From NCBI GenBank assembly GCA_010909165.1, contig MU008167.1, positions 248,001 to 312,000 on the forward strand: 64,000 nucleotides of DNA. Direction: 5' to 3'. Shown piece after piece: positions 20,380-33,199 of the stretch. Position numbers and translations under genes: made by a program. Numbering within the stretch: position 1 is the stretch's first letter; every line of letters starts with the position of its first letter. This stretch comes from Anthoceros angustus (lineage: Eukaryota; Plantae; Anthocerotophyta). The notes under the pieces are model-generated. The model was not told where the DNA came from and made no database searches. It saw only the letters and a program-made list of their open reading frames with translations.

Positions 20380-22207
20380 ATGGCTGCCTCGCAAAAACTG
20401 CTGCTACCTCCCTGCGTACGCTTCTCAGGTGATGCCCGCTGTGACAGGATAATTGCTCCAGCATTTACTCTGCGGAACACCGTAGGGGAGCACCAGAGAT
20501 TGTGCTTGCGTCGCTCTCATAACGAGGGACGAGCTAAGCTATTTGAGAAAGGGCCGAGTGGCCACCGAGGTAGGGACCAGGGAAGGATTCCATCTGGTGT
20601 TGAATCGCTCCAGAATCAGGTCGTGGTGACGGAAGAGGACTCGGAGGATGCATCTTCTGGGAGTCTTGAGCCGCAGGGAAGAGTTGACCGGACGGTATCG
20701 TACATTGGCTATGGTGCAGTGCTGAAGAATGAATCAGTGTATCGTGAGCGTTTTGTTGTACGCTTTTCGGAGGTTGGAGCCAATGGGACCACTTCCTTGG
20801 AGATGCTCACGTCCTTATTGCAGGTCAGCAAATCCGATGTACCACTTCTTGTTGTTAGTTTGTAGCCGCCTCCTGACTCTCGTGGTAACTATTAGTACTG
20901 ACTATGGGAACTTGGCAGGAAGCTGCATGCAATCATGTCCTGGCAATGGACTACGGAGTGTTCCCTGGCAGGAGTGAGAAAAAGCTGATCACTGTGACCA
21001 CTCGCATGCATATTGAAGTCGATCGATATCCTGCTTGGTAATCTAGGTTTCTTCTCCCTCTCCAGAGCTGGAACCACAACATTGTGCACAACGGACCTTG
21101 GCACTTAATGCCCCTGCCGTTCTGTTTGTATGGCAGGCGAGACCTATTGGAGATAGATACCTGGTTTCAGACTGAAGGGAGGAATGCAGTACGAAGAGAT
21201 TGGACAGTGAAAGATGTGAAAACTGGAGATATAATTGCAGTGGCTACAAGGTGAGGGAGGAAAGCATGCCAGGCACGTTTTCTCTCAGTGCTCAAGTATA
21301 TGTTTGACACGGACGTTACTCGTCTACCTGCCCTTAGTCGGGTTATCTGCCATGGAGTCATGGTGCATTCTGACGGAACCGTATGTTAACTGAGATGTCA
21401 GCAAATGGGTGCTTATGAATGTGGAGACAAAGCGACTTTCCAAGTTGACAGACGACGTGCGGGAGGAGATTGAACCGCATGTCAAGGATCCCCCAAGGTA
21501 ACTATCGACGCATACCCCACGTGGTGCAGAATGTCCTAGGCAATCGGTCTACGCCTACTCCAGAGTTCCAGCAAGAAGTGAGGCTCCGTGTCATGTCATG
21601 TCTTTTCAGGTGGGCTCTGTCTGAAGATAAAGTGCAGGCAAGCTCATCAAAGATTCCTAAGCTAGACAGTAATGCCGAGTTTTGCAAGTCAGGACTTACG
21701 GTAGGTTTGTTTTGCTTTTCTCAACTGTTTGCCTGATGCACACTGTGTGTTTCAACGAGTTCATCTGGTCTTTGCAGCCATGCAGCAAAGATTTGGATAT
21801 GAACCAGCATGTCAACAATATTCGTTATATCAGCTGGATGCTAGAGGCGAGTGATCTTAGTACACAATTACAGCTGCTGATCGTGACATTCTTTGTTTCT
21901 ATCTCATTTATTATACAGCGTGGATCTTCTCTGACATACGCAGGGCATAGGTGATCCGATTAAGACAAAATACGAAGTGAGCAAGATAACTCTGGAGTAC
22001 CGTCGGGAAGCATTAGTGGGAGATGTTATCGAGTCCCTTGCCAGTTCTGAGTGCACAGTTCAGTCAGCTGGCCAAGGCAGTGACGATCACTGCAATTCAG
22101 CGCAACCCTTGCATCTGAACTACATTCATTTGTTGAGAACCCTGAACGGTGACAACGAGATCAACAGGGGTCGAACTGTTTGGAGGCTACTGGACAAAGC
22201 TTGCTAG
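20380..22207 (+). CDS. Plastid acyl-ACP thioesterase (FatA/FatB family), 7 coding exons: 20380-20823, 20919-21037, 21137-21250, 21402-21497, 21610-21700, 21778-21846, 21944-22207
   Basis: Spliced translation gives YRERFVVRFSEVG, LQEAACNH, TRMHIEVDRYPAW, RRDW, ATSKWVLMN, DLDMNQHVNN, ITLEYRRE and INRGRTVW. Phases agree at all junctions. Confidence 0.93.
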
Positions 22208-22709
22208 CCGTTGCTACTTGTGTGCTTGGTAGTTTGGGCCCAAGATGTTGTAATCGGCAGGGTCGTTCTGGTGTGTAGCTCACCCACTTTTCCCTGAGAA
22301 TAATTTTTCTGTTACAAGCAATGCACCAGCTGTAGGATGCCTTTGGGATATGCTTCCCTCATCACAGGTTCAGCCCCACATTGCGTTGGGTTCCTGGTTA
22401 AGAAAACTGATCAGATTCAATCAAGCTGTCTTGCGATGAGACCTAAGGACCACTGACACAAGGAAGTAGCTCTCAACTGGTCTGGGTCCGCAACAGGAGT
22501 GAAGGCGGATCGTGTGAGAAGGCAGTTCATTCCCTTTTGTGAAAGCATACATTACCCGCACAGCCATGGCTGCGCATGCTCAACAGGACTGGAGGTTTGA
22601 TACCAATTAACACTATCGATCATTACAGGTGACAAAATCATCGTGCTCCTCAAAATAACCTCCTCTTTAGCAACTGTGAATTTGTTGCAGGAACAGCTTA
22701 AATCGGCTT

Positions 22710-23054
22710 TCACCAGAGCGTCACTGCAAATCTGGAGCCGCCCTTGGGCTTGTTGGGAGAGGTGTGTGGTTGTGGCCTCCGTTTCCGCCATTGGAAGAGC
22801 TCGGGCGGAACTAGATACGCTGGAACCAGGTAATACATCTCCCCTGGTTTCAGGAACTCCTCCGCAGCTAAGATCTCTTGCGGCCTTCTATGGGCTGAAG
22901 GAGATCCCACGTAGTACTGGGGATAACGGAGCATGACCTGGGCCACTTGCATCGGCCTGGAGAAAGGCTCTACGAGACCGTCAGGGTGCACCAGCCTCCC
23001 CGCTGGGCCCGGTGCGCAGTCTCCCAGGATCCTATTACCCACTGCATTCCCCAT
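22710..23054 (-). CDS. PADRE/DUF4228-family small protein
   Basis: MGN start (possible myristoylation), RLVHPDGLVEPFSRPMQVAQVM..YP.YYV, L.AEEFLKPGEMYYLVP. Confidence 0.85.
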   Translation of the reverse strand: MGNAVGNRILGDCAPGPAGRLVHPDGLVEPFSRPMQVAQVMLRYPQYYVGSPSAHRRPQEILAAEEFLKPGEMYYLVPAYLVPPELFQWRKRRPQPHTSPNKPKGGSRFAVTLW

Positions 23055-24020
23055 ATCTACCTGAGTTCGATTCAGCCTACAGCCGCGGCTCCGCTTTCTT
23101 CCAGATCCGGAGAAGAGAGCCCCGGGACGAATCCACAGGCAAACTGTCACAAGGCAGATCTGTTACGCATCGGGATCAACTGCCAAGACGTGGCTCCAAC
23201 AGTTGGAGATCTTCGCGCCAATTGTATGCTAACTTGCTTTTGCAGAAGGGGCGCCTTATTGGGAAGAAGGCCAGGGACCTCGAGAGATGCAGAACTTTTG
23301 TGACGCTACAAATAAGAGGAATGTCGACAACAGACATTCCAGCAATACCAAGCACAGACACTACAAACTGGAGGACTCCGCCCGTCTGCTGCTGTTCCCT
23401 TGGCACTTGGGAATACGGCACGCTGCGAGCCAGATAGACAGGGACCGACCATATGAAGGCTGAGGATCCACTGTGGGGCCATTGCCGTCTGCTTGGAGGA
23501 GCCCTCAACTTCTGGGACGTCAAAACCCATGGAAAACCGACGGCTTAGAATGTGCTAGGGACCTCTGTTTTCTGCTTTATTCTACCTGTCACTCCAGCCA
23601 AAGACATTTAATAGGTAGTAGATGCATGCTATCTCATGGGTCAGTGTCATATGTAATGAAGTATTGTGACGCTGCTTGCCCACCGTGCACGTTAGAGGGT
23701 AGAGCACTCATGCAACTGGCATGCTCCTTTGCACATACATACATGCGGGTGGGTGGGCTGATAGTTGGGGGTTCTATTTTGCCGAAGAATAGAAGGAGCA
23801 CCGGGAGTTTGGTCGGTCTCTTCTTAGCCCTTTCTAATCCCATTAGAAATTGCATCAGCACCAATGGTTTACTTAGTTGGTAAGTATTGTTAATTTATTT
23901 TATCAAATTAAATGAATAAAAAATATATAAGTTTTAATATAAAAATAAGAAAAGAGAGGTAAAACTAAAAGCTATTTGTGGAAGCTGTTTTGTGCGAGCA
24001 TAACAAGGTATTGTGAGCTG

Positions 24021-24240
24021 TTGCTTTAGTACCTAGTTTAAGGCCTGAATATTATAGGGTAACTAATTAAGAATAATTTAATCACAAAATAACCTGGCAG
24101 CTGCTTTAGTAGCTAGTTTAAGGCCTGAATATTTTATGTTAACTATATTTTATTCTAATTTATAATAATTAATAATAGAATCACAAAATGACATGACAAC
24201 TGCTTTAGTAGCTAGTTTAAGGCCTGAATATTTTAGGTTA
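24021..24240. repeat. Three dispersed copies of a ~33-bp motif in AT-rich DNA
   Basis: tgctttagta(c/g)ctagtttaaggcctgaatatt at about 24022, 24102 and 24201. Confidence 0.8.
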
Positions 24241-25255
24241 AATAATTCATATTAAATTAATCACAAAATAACTAGAACTGCTTTCATTCTCACAATCATA
24301 TCTACGTACAACACGTGGTACAAAAAAAAAGTTTATTCAACTGTATCTTTGTAGTCCGGCAATCGACATAATCATCAACAGCTCAAATGAAAGAGGTATT
24401 GGTGGCAAGTTGCGCTACGGTTTTGTAGCCCGCTGAGGCCTAGCGTTCACCTTGTGTGTGGCTGGCTCCCTTGCACTCCATTCCTACAGCGCCTCCCTAC
24501 CATTCCTGCTAGCTAGAACATGGTGCCCTCCACACCTGGAGAGGCTGCAAACTTGTACAGCTACGGTCCAACTATGTATAACTATGCTCTCAAAAGAGTT
24601 GTTTTATATGAATGTAAATAATTATTAACTAAATAGCTAACTAACTAACCTGCTAATGCTCTGCTCATGACTCATGTTGGGACTAAAAGGTTGCATGCAT
24701 GCTTTCGTAGAGGGGAATCTGCAACGTGTGGTTCATGGAATCATAGATTAACAACTGTCTAGAAAAGGCGAGCTTGCGGGATGTCAAAGGATGAGCTCTT
24801 TGGACTCACATGTCTCCTTGAGGCATTGTGAAGAGCTAGCTTGGAGGAGCATTGGATGAGAGCATTGTCTTCAGTCAAGGGCAGAGCCACAAGGACAAGG
24901 ACTTTGGTAAACAATATCTTGTGTACTATGTGAATGAGTAAAGAGCAGGGTTGGTGATACTCTATTGTTGATGTGACACGATATAGCACTTTGTGTGCAA
25001 GTGTTAGGGTGAGTCTTTCTCCCAAAAGTGCACTTCCTTTTCAAACTCTTTTTTCTTTTTCAATATCAATTATTTAATCGCCAAAAAAAGAACATGTCTC
25101 ACAAATCTAGAAACTGCCTTGATTCCTAGTTTAGTAGTTAATCTTTTTGGTGGTCCCAAACTTGAGATTGAGATGTTAAAAATGTGAATATATGATAAGG
25201 CCACCCACTTGGGAAGGCTTTTGGACTAACTATCTTCGTCATCTTCATTACGGGC

Positions 25256-25410
25256 CACCATCTTCTCTTTTAGCAATTAATCTAATACAAAAAGGCCTCA
25301 CAACCTCTTGAGCCCGCCACCATCTTCTCTTTTAGCAGTTAATCTAATACCACCATCTTCTCTTTTAGTAATTAATCTAATACAAAAAGGCCTTGCGGTC
25401 TCTTGAGACA
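25256..25410. repeat. caccatcttctcttttag.a.ttaatctaatac x3 upstream of the homeobox gene
   Basis: Copies at about 25256, 25318 and 25351. Confidence 0.8.
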
Positions 25411-25686
25411 ACTGCACTCACTTTTCTTTTGCTCAACTCATCATTCTCTCTTTGTGTTCAACAGTTATGCCTTTTTGGGTGTTGTGTAACTTTTTAGGGT
25501 TTTGCAACCACGTTTGAGGGATCCATCTGAAGTGCAAAGGCTCATCTGCAAGTCGTCGGAGGACGGCAAGACTACTTAGAGGGTTGTGTTGAGTCTTGTG
25601 AGAGATTGCTTCGGAAAATCGCGTAGTCCTTAAGTCAGGAATTAAATTGATGTGATCCTAAGGTGTGTGTTGACATTCACATCAAT

Positions 25687-28288
25687 ATGGAAGATCATAA
25701 ATCTAATTGGTCGAATGAAGAAGAAGTAAATGACAGATATGATTTGTCTAGTTCATCAAGTGGAGACCTTGTAAATGACGAGCATGAAGTAAACTATCAA
25801 TCTGACGTAAATGATAGATATCATCAAAATAGAGAAGTGCGCGCAACCGACATGATTCAAATGACGGATATAATCCCAATGGAAGGGTGGGAAATGTCCG
25901 ATGTTGTCCAAATGGAGGGGTGGTTAATGACAAATATAATTCAAATGATAGATAATAATCATCTAAATGATGAGGTGGATAATGACAAATATGATCCAAA
26001 TAAAGAGGTGAGTAAGGCCGATATGATTCAAATGGCAAATACTATTGATCCAAATGGCAAGGTAGGAGATGACGTACATGATCCAATTAGAGACGTGAAT
26101 ATGGGAGATATGACTCACATGACGCATAAAATCCCAATGGAGGAACGGGAAATTACATATGTGATTCAAAGAACGAATAATGATGATCCAAACAGCCAGG
26201 TGGGTAATGACATATATGATTCTAATAGAGAGGTGAATAAGGACGATATGATTCAAATGACTAATCCAAATGGCGAGGTAGATAATGGCGTATATAATCC
26301 AATTACAGAGGTGGGTATGGGTGATATGATTCAAATGGCGCATGTAATCCCCATAGAGCCATGGAAAATAGCCAATATGATTCAAATGACGAATAATGAT
26401 GATCCAAATGGCAAGGTAGGGAATGAAGTGTATGATCCAATTGCAGAGGTGAATGTGGAGGATATGATTCAAATGATGCAAATAATGTCAATGGAGGAAT
26501 GGGAAATGCCCGACATGATCCAAAGGGAGAGGTGGGCAACAGCTGGTATGATTCAAATGACAAATAATAATGATGAAAATGGCGAGGTGGGTGATGACCG
26601 ATTTGAATTAAATAATGGATATGATCCAAATGGAGAGGTGGGTAATGACCAATATGCTTCAATTGTCGCGTATGATTCAAATGGAAGAGTAAGTAATGAT
26701 CACTATGATTCAAATGACAAATATGACCTAAATAAAGAGGTAGCTTATGCCCAATATGATTCAAATGATGGGTATGGCCCAAATGGAAGGGTAAGCAATG
26801 ATTATTATTATTCAAATGACAAATATGACCCAAATAAAGAGGTGGCTTATGGTCAATATGATTCAAATGATAGGTACGACCCCAATGGAAGGGTAAGTAA
26901 TGATTATTATTATTCAAATGACAAATATGACCCAAATAAAGAGGTGGCTTATGGTCAATATGATTCAAATGATAGGTACGACCCCAATGGAAGGGTAAGT
27001 AATGATTATTATTATTCAAATGACAAATATGACCCAAATAAAGAAGTGGCTTATGGCCAATACGATTCAAATGACGGGTACGACCCAAATGGAGAGGTGG
27101 GTAATAGCCAATATGATTCAAATGAGGGGTATGATCTAAATGGAGTGGTGGGTAATGACCAATATGATTCAAATTACGTGTACGATCTAAATGAAGAGGT
27201 GGATAATGGCCAATACTATCCAAATGGAGAGGTGGGTAATGGCCAATACTATCCAAATGGAGAGGTGGGTAATGGCCAATACTATCCAAATGGAGAGGTG
27301 GGTAATGGCCAATACTATCCAAATGGAGAGGTGGGTAATGGCCAATACTATCCAAATGGAGAGGTGGGTAATGGCCAATACTATCCAAATGGAGGTGGGT
27401 AATGGCCAATACTATCCAAATCGAGGTGGGTAATGGCCAATACTATCCAAATGGAGGTGGGTAATGGCCAATACTATCCAAATGGAGGTGGGTAATGGCC
27501 AATACTATCCAAATGGAGAGGTGGGTGGGTAATACTATCCAAATGGAGAGGTGGGTAATGGCCAATACTATCCAAATGGAGAGGTGGGTAATGGCCAATA
27601 CTATCCAAATGGAGAGGTGGGTAATGGCCAATACTATCCAAATGGAGAGGTGGCTAATGGCCAATATGATTCAAATGACGCGTATAATTCAAATGATTTA
27701 GATGAGGAATATGATTCAGATGATGAGGAATACGATTCAGATGATGAGGAATACGATTCAGATGATGAGGAATATGATTCAAATAGTGAGTGGCATGTTG
27801 AAGATTGGGAAGAAAAAAGTAGGCGTATTCAAAACTCCTTAGTAGAGGCTTTTGCCAAGAACAAATACCCTCCGAGGAAAACTGTACAATATTTAGCAAG
27901 ATCTCTAAGTTTGACAGAAGCTCAAGTTGATGAGTGGTTTGTTGAACGTCGGTCTGGGGAGATACAAGAAAATGGAGAGCATAATACACTGGAGGAAAAG
28001 GAACATGGAGAATGTAGAACACCAGAGAAACAGATAGAACACAAAGCTCAAGAAGAATATGACAAGAGGCAAACGGGTCCCTCCCAAAAAATGGCTATTC
28101 AAGAACATAGTGCAAAAGAAGACTGCAAGGAAAGAGAACTTAAAACCAGAGAGGAATTCGAGGTTCTCAATCTTGGAGAATTTGAAAGAGTACAAGACGA
28201 AAGTCCACATGCCATTCAAGTGTCACTACATCGCAAAGATTTTCCGCATGGACCTGTTCCTGATTTTTTAATTCATATTATTTATTAA
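25687..28288 (+). CDS. Atypical homeobox protein with long N/D/G/Y-rich repeat N-terminus; frameshifted within the repeat array as assembled
   Basis: ORFs 25687-27402 and 27551-28288 share the GQYYPNGEVGN repeat. The homeodomain-like SLVEAFAKNKYPPRKTVQYLARSLSLTEAQVDEWFVERR lies at about 27800-27960. Confidence 0.75.
26600..27785 (+). repeat. Coding tandem repeats: 120-bp units, 33/31-bp GQYYPNGEVGN units and 21-bp DSDDEEY units
   Basis: Directly visible; the 33-mer is aatggccaatactatccaaatggagaggtgggt (about 27204-27665). Confidence 0.95.
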
Positions 28289-28725
28289 GACATATATTTC
28301 AATGTTCAAGATGAGTCATTCTAGGGTTTATGTAAAAATAAAGTAGTGCAATTTTTTATTTGTACATGCTTATCTTTTTCAATTTCTTTGGTTAGGGACG
28401 TGTTGGTTTCTCATGAGTGAGACCACAAGGTAAGAGACTACCTTTCAGTAATCATCTGAACATGAATATGCTTAATTGTCATAACTTTTTATCTAATAAA
28501 ATTTATAAAATTTTCGGTCAATAATATATGAAAATAGTTTAACCAAATGCATAATTTAACTCACCAAGAAGCTTAAATTGAGGCTCTCAATAAACACTGA
28601 AATCAATTACGAAGTAGTCCTTAGTGATGGAAATTAGAATTTTAACCTTAGAATGAACAATATTGTCAAATAGACTTTCATTTTAACCTCAAAATTCAGA
28701 CCAACAATTTTAAATCGGAACTAAT

Positions 28726-28950
28726 TTACCCAAAAATATTTAGAAACTATTTGTGGATAAGACTATTATTCTCTATTATGGGTTCAACCTCAATGCAAGA
28801 AAGCACCTTTACGCTTCCGACAAGAAGGCTATTCGAGATAGAATGAATCAGCTTCGGGCTTATCTGCAGCCTGAAGAGGAAGACAGCGACCAGGAAGTGG
28901 ATGACGGATGTCCTTTGGTTGACGAAGGAATTCAGTGTAGCGAAGACTAA
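28726..28950 (+). pseudogene. C-terminal fragment of unidentified protein (paralog of 14537-14745)
   Basis: Protein-level match with many synonymous differences; acidic tail ending CSED*. Confidence 0.6.
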
Positions 28951-31900
28951 AGATTTTTGGTTTCCGTGTTCATGATATAGTCAGCGTATGTTTGGGTTAC
29001 TAGTTTCATACTCAAACGGCAGTTAGTAGTTAGGTTGGCTGTACACTGCTCACACGTTTGGACATCGCTATCTAATGAAGGCGTTTACCGGGTCTATGCT
29101 TGTACGTGGTCTACCAGTTGTATAGTGTGGAAGACCACATGTGCACTAACCCCCCCCTCTCAAGTGTCAGGGTGAACGATTTTTTTTTGTTTTGGGTGTG
29201 TTAGAATAGCAGAGTGCTTTGAGAATCGTCGAGTCGTCTTTTATACGGAATGGTCCTTGGCCCTTGGAGATAATAATAATTTTTCGACCTTAGGTTTGAC
29301 CCGAGGGTAGAAATAGAGTCCTTGGGTATTGGGAATTTTAGAATAAAAGGTGTCTATATATGCTAGGGATGCTCACAATATGCCACAGTTGTGTAGTCAA
29401 GTGGGGTGGTGGCTAGTCCCACCACGGTGGCCGAGAAACGGGACGTACAGACCAGGGGGAATTTACAACCCTAGTCCCTACTAGAAAAGGCAGCCTATGT
29501 TACACTTTATGTTAAGATTTGGACCCCCGGATGTAACACTTATGTTGCAATTTTGGGGTCATGTAACACTTTTTGGGCCGCTTGTTACACTTTTGGCTTG
29601 GAAACCAAACCGAGTGTTTGTTGCAACCATGTTGCAAGTGTGTTGCAATTTTGTTGAGATGAAGTGAGAGGCGCTTTTGTCCTCTCTCAAGATTGCAACA
29701 CAGTTTGCAACATTTGTAATATATAAAGTGTTACAAGAAAAGTCTTGTAACACTTTTGGAGGCTTGGTACCGAACCTCCTCCCCATCTACCTTCCTCTTT
29801 TACTACATTTACCATATAGAATACTTGGTTTCCTTATTACCTCGTATGAATACATATAAATAAATACATGTATGCATACCGAGAATAATCGGTATTGGTA
29901 ATATTCCATATCGATAATTTCCTATGACATACGGTTATATTTCATTTTGTATAAAACACGGTTATCGACACCACATCGCGTAAATTGTACACGTCCGGAT
30001 ACTATACTTTGTATTCATCATTCTCAAAACCCAAGCGGATACATACATCCCACATTTCACCCAGTGACCTATTTTGTGTATCCTGTCGCAACCTACCTTC
30101 TCTAGCGGGCGTTACGTGCGGCTTGTCCCCATGCCCATCGGCTTCTTGCCATGGCTCGCCCACCCCTTCTTATCAGTATTTACTACTTTGTCCTTCTGCC
30201 TAGGAGTTTGCTTTGCGCCGGCGCGGGGTTCTATTCGCTCCATACAGGGCGCTTCTTCATTTCTAATTTCCTACTCCTCATCGTATGCATGAGAAGGAAA
30301 CCTCCTACAACCCCCCTGTTTTGCGATTTTCTTCCTCCCCTTCCTCTTGCGTTCGTCCGCGACCAGCTTTCCCCTTTCCATCGCATCCACCTCCCTTCCA
30401 GTCCTCTGCACGCACCCACGGTACAAACATCGCAGCATGCCCTTCAGTACATGTGCAGCATATAGTGGTGTGCACAACGACCTTTCGAATTGCTTACCTT
30501 CCCCGCACCCCATACCGTTTTCTTATGTACCTCTTGCCCACAATCTGCTCCTTCCATCCTCGCTCTTCGGGCGCCTGCCCGGTCACACACGGCCCCGCCG
30601 ATGCCTCCAGCACCTCCCCGCTTTCCTCTTCGGCCTCCACCTTTGTCACAGTGGCGTAGCCTCCAATGGGGCCCAGTGGAGGTCCATGCTTTGATCGGAG
30701 TGCGTATGTGTCTGCACGGTTAGGCACGCCTCAATGTCGCCCCTTCCTCATACTGCGCCATGTTGTTTACGTTGCCGCCATCAATGTACCCCTTTTGCCG
30801 TCCGCCTTTTCTCCCTCCCCTCGAAAATTCCCTCATGGCTGCCACTCGCCTTTTGGCCCCCACCACGACCATGGCTTCCGCCATGGACCCCGCCTCCTCC
30901 ATTCGCCACCGCCTCCTCTCCCACCCCATTTGTTCAGCGCACTGACATGCCCGCCTTCGGTGACGACACAATTGCCTCCTGCGAATGTAATTCTCATCCG
31001 CCCTCGATTCCATCCCTCATGTCTTTCACGGCCCTCGTCACTCCCTCGACCCCATCTCCGTCCACTGCCTGTCACTAGGCGTGACGGCACCTCCCAACAC
31101 ACGCCCTTTACCACCGGCTGCCCTCTTGACACACCTCCTTCCGTGAGCATGGCACTCGGTGATTCCAAGTCCTCCCCGCCCCACGGCCAAGGCGAACTTG
31201 ACGGTGACGCACACCCCACTGTGTCCGCCACCGCCGCCACATCTTCTCACACTCTCGGCATTCACACTATCACCGTGCATGGACGTTCCATCACCTTCGG
31301 GTGATCGTGGCGTCGTCGGCACCACGATCACATTGCCGTCATAGCCTCACTCTGGACACTGTTTCCACCATCCGCACCATCCACCTTCGTGGCGGACCAA
31401 GCGCCTCCCTCCCTCCGTTTCTTCGTGTTTTGTCTCCTCCTCCCAATGCATTCTACTCCCACCGTCCTCCTACTTATCCCCCACATCCACACCACCACCT
31501 CCTGCAGCAGTCCCCTGCCTTCCATCCTTCGTCTCGGAAATGCCACGGATCTGGATCCATCTCCAATTCCATGTCGTTCAACAAAATTGTCATCTCCCTT
31601 GTCCTCATAGCTGAACCTGGGGTGGTTCGTTATTCCATGTCTTACCATTGTATGAACTCCGAGACCGCCATCGCCGCGAACCGCCCACAGAGGTTGCATG
31701 GAGATCGTCCTCTTGCCTCCCAAATTCAGCCTCCTCTTGGTTGGGTACCTCCCATGCTTCTTCTCAAACCAAGCACCCATCCAGACGCCTCCCTTGCCCC
31801 AAGGGTTTGGCCCCACCCTCCGTTTTGGCCAGCCTCTTTTGCAAGTTCATACTTGATGGCTCGAACTTCCGCTTGCTAGCTCCATCCGAGCCTGTGCAAG

Positions 31901-33199
31901 GGCATCTTCCCACTCCTCCTCGTCCACCATGCTCGGCTTCTTACTCCTCCCCCTCCCTCCTCTCCTCTAATGCCGCTTTGCGGCCTCCACACATCGAGAA
32001 TTGCGCGTGCGAGTCATTTGCGAAGTGTCGGCTTATGCTGGACTTCACCACCGGTCGGGAAGGCTTGACACCGATTTCACTAACCGCCCCTTCTCCCCCT
32101 CAACGTCGCGCCATCTTGCCATGTTCCCAGTTCATTCACAACCTTTGTCCTCACAACAGCTTTGCTTGCTCGGAGACCCCGAACAACATCGGATTCCCTT
32201 CCCTTCTGTCCTTTGCTTTTGCATTGCCTCCTTCACCATTTCACGCCATTCCTTTTATCAAGGTCATCAAGTGCATCGTTGTCCACCTCACACCACTCCA
32301 TCGCATCCGCCTGCACACCTCCTCTCCCTTGTCATCACACCTCCCCTTGGCGAACCGCCGCCATTCCTCATCCAGTTCTTGTGCGTTGTCGGCGCAGGGA
32401 CCCCGCCCCACGCGGTTGCCCGACGCCCTCGCTTTGCCTTCTCGCAGCCCCAACCACCTCCCGTGTTGCCATGGGCTGCCTCCATGTCCTCCGCATGAAC
32501 AACCAAGATGCAAGGTGCACCGCAACGTCCGCAAACAACGCATCAACGTGTGTACAAATTGAACAAGACGTTCTTGTCAATCGTCTCAAACACCCACCTC
32601 ATCGATAGCAAAGCATCACCCATCAATGAACGCAATGCTCCAAGTCCGCTGTCGGCTGGGATATTCCACGCTCCATGTCCTCAACCGCCATTGGTTGGGC
32701 CGCCATGTTCCTTGTCCCTCACAACTCTCCGTGTGTGTCTATGTAGGATGCGGTGGCTGGTGAGCGCGCCCGGATCGGTGTTAGGTGGCTGGGTGGATGA
32801 GCGAGGTAGCTCGACGAGCTTGCCCTCATCCTCCCCACCCACCTACGGGCGGCGTCGACGGCGCGCGGCGCCGCCGATGGTGCTCCTAGCGGGGTATACG
32901 ATGTCTCGCAAACTCGCCCACGCCTTCCTTCGCCCATTGCCCTGCTCGGGCGGACGCCACCGCATGCCGAAGGCATTGGCTTGCCCTTCCGATAGTTGCC
33001 AAGCCAAGGGTCGCCATCGCCAAAATTCAAAGCTCTTCATATGGAAAGCCTTTGTTTGCAAACTCAGGCCGTCATTAAGCTTTTACGGAAATCCGTCACG
33101 TGCCCTTTCTCCTTCGCCATAATGACTAGTGTTTTATATTACGACAACTTGTAGTCCCTTGCCCACAATTGAGTGCGATCTAGAGGTCATCATTGCATA

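Noticed and set aside
24021-24240. ~33-bp repeats with spacers resembling a CRISPR array
   Set aside because: Eukaryotic context, spacers are unequal and similar to each other, and there are no cas genes.
26303-27409. 368-aa His/Pro/Leu-rich minus-strand ORF
   Set aside because: It is the antisense reading of the tandem repeat and has no independent support.
30000-33150. Numerous GC-rich ORFs in the left part of the CACTA
   Set aside because: No motif I can support; probably frameshifted TnpA-like or accessory sequence.
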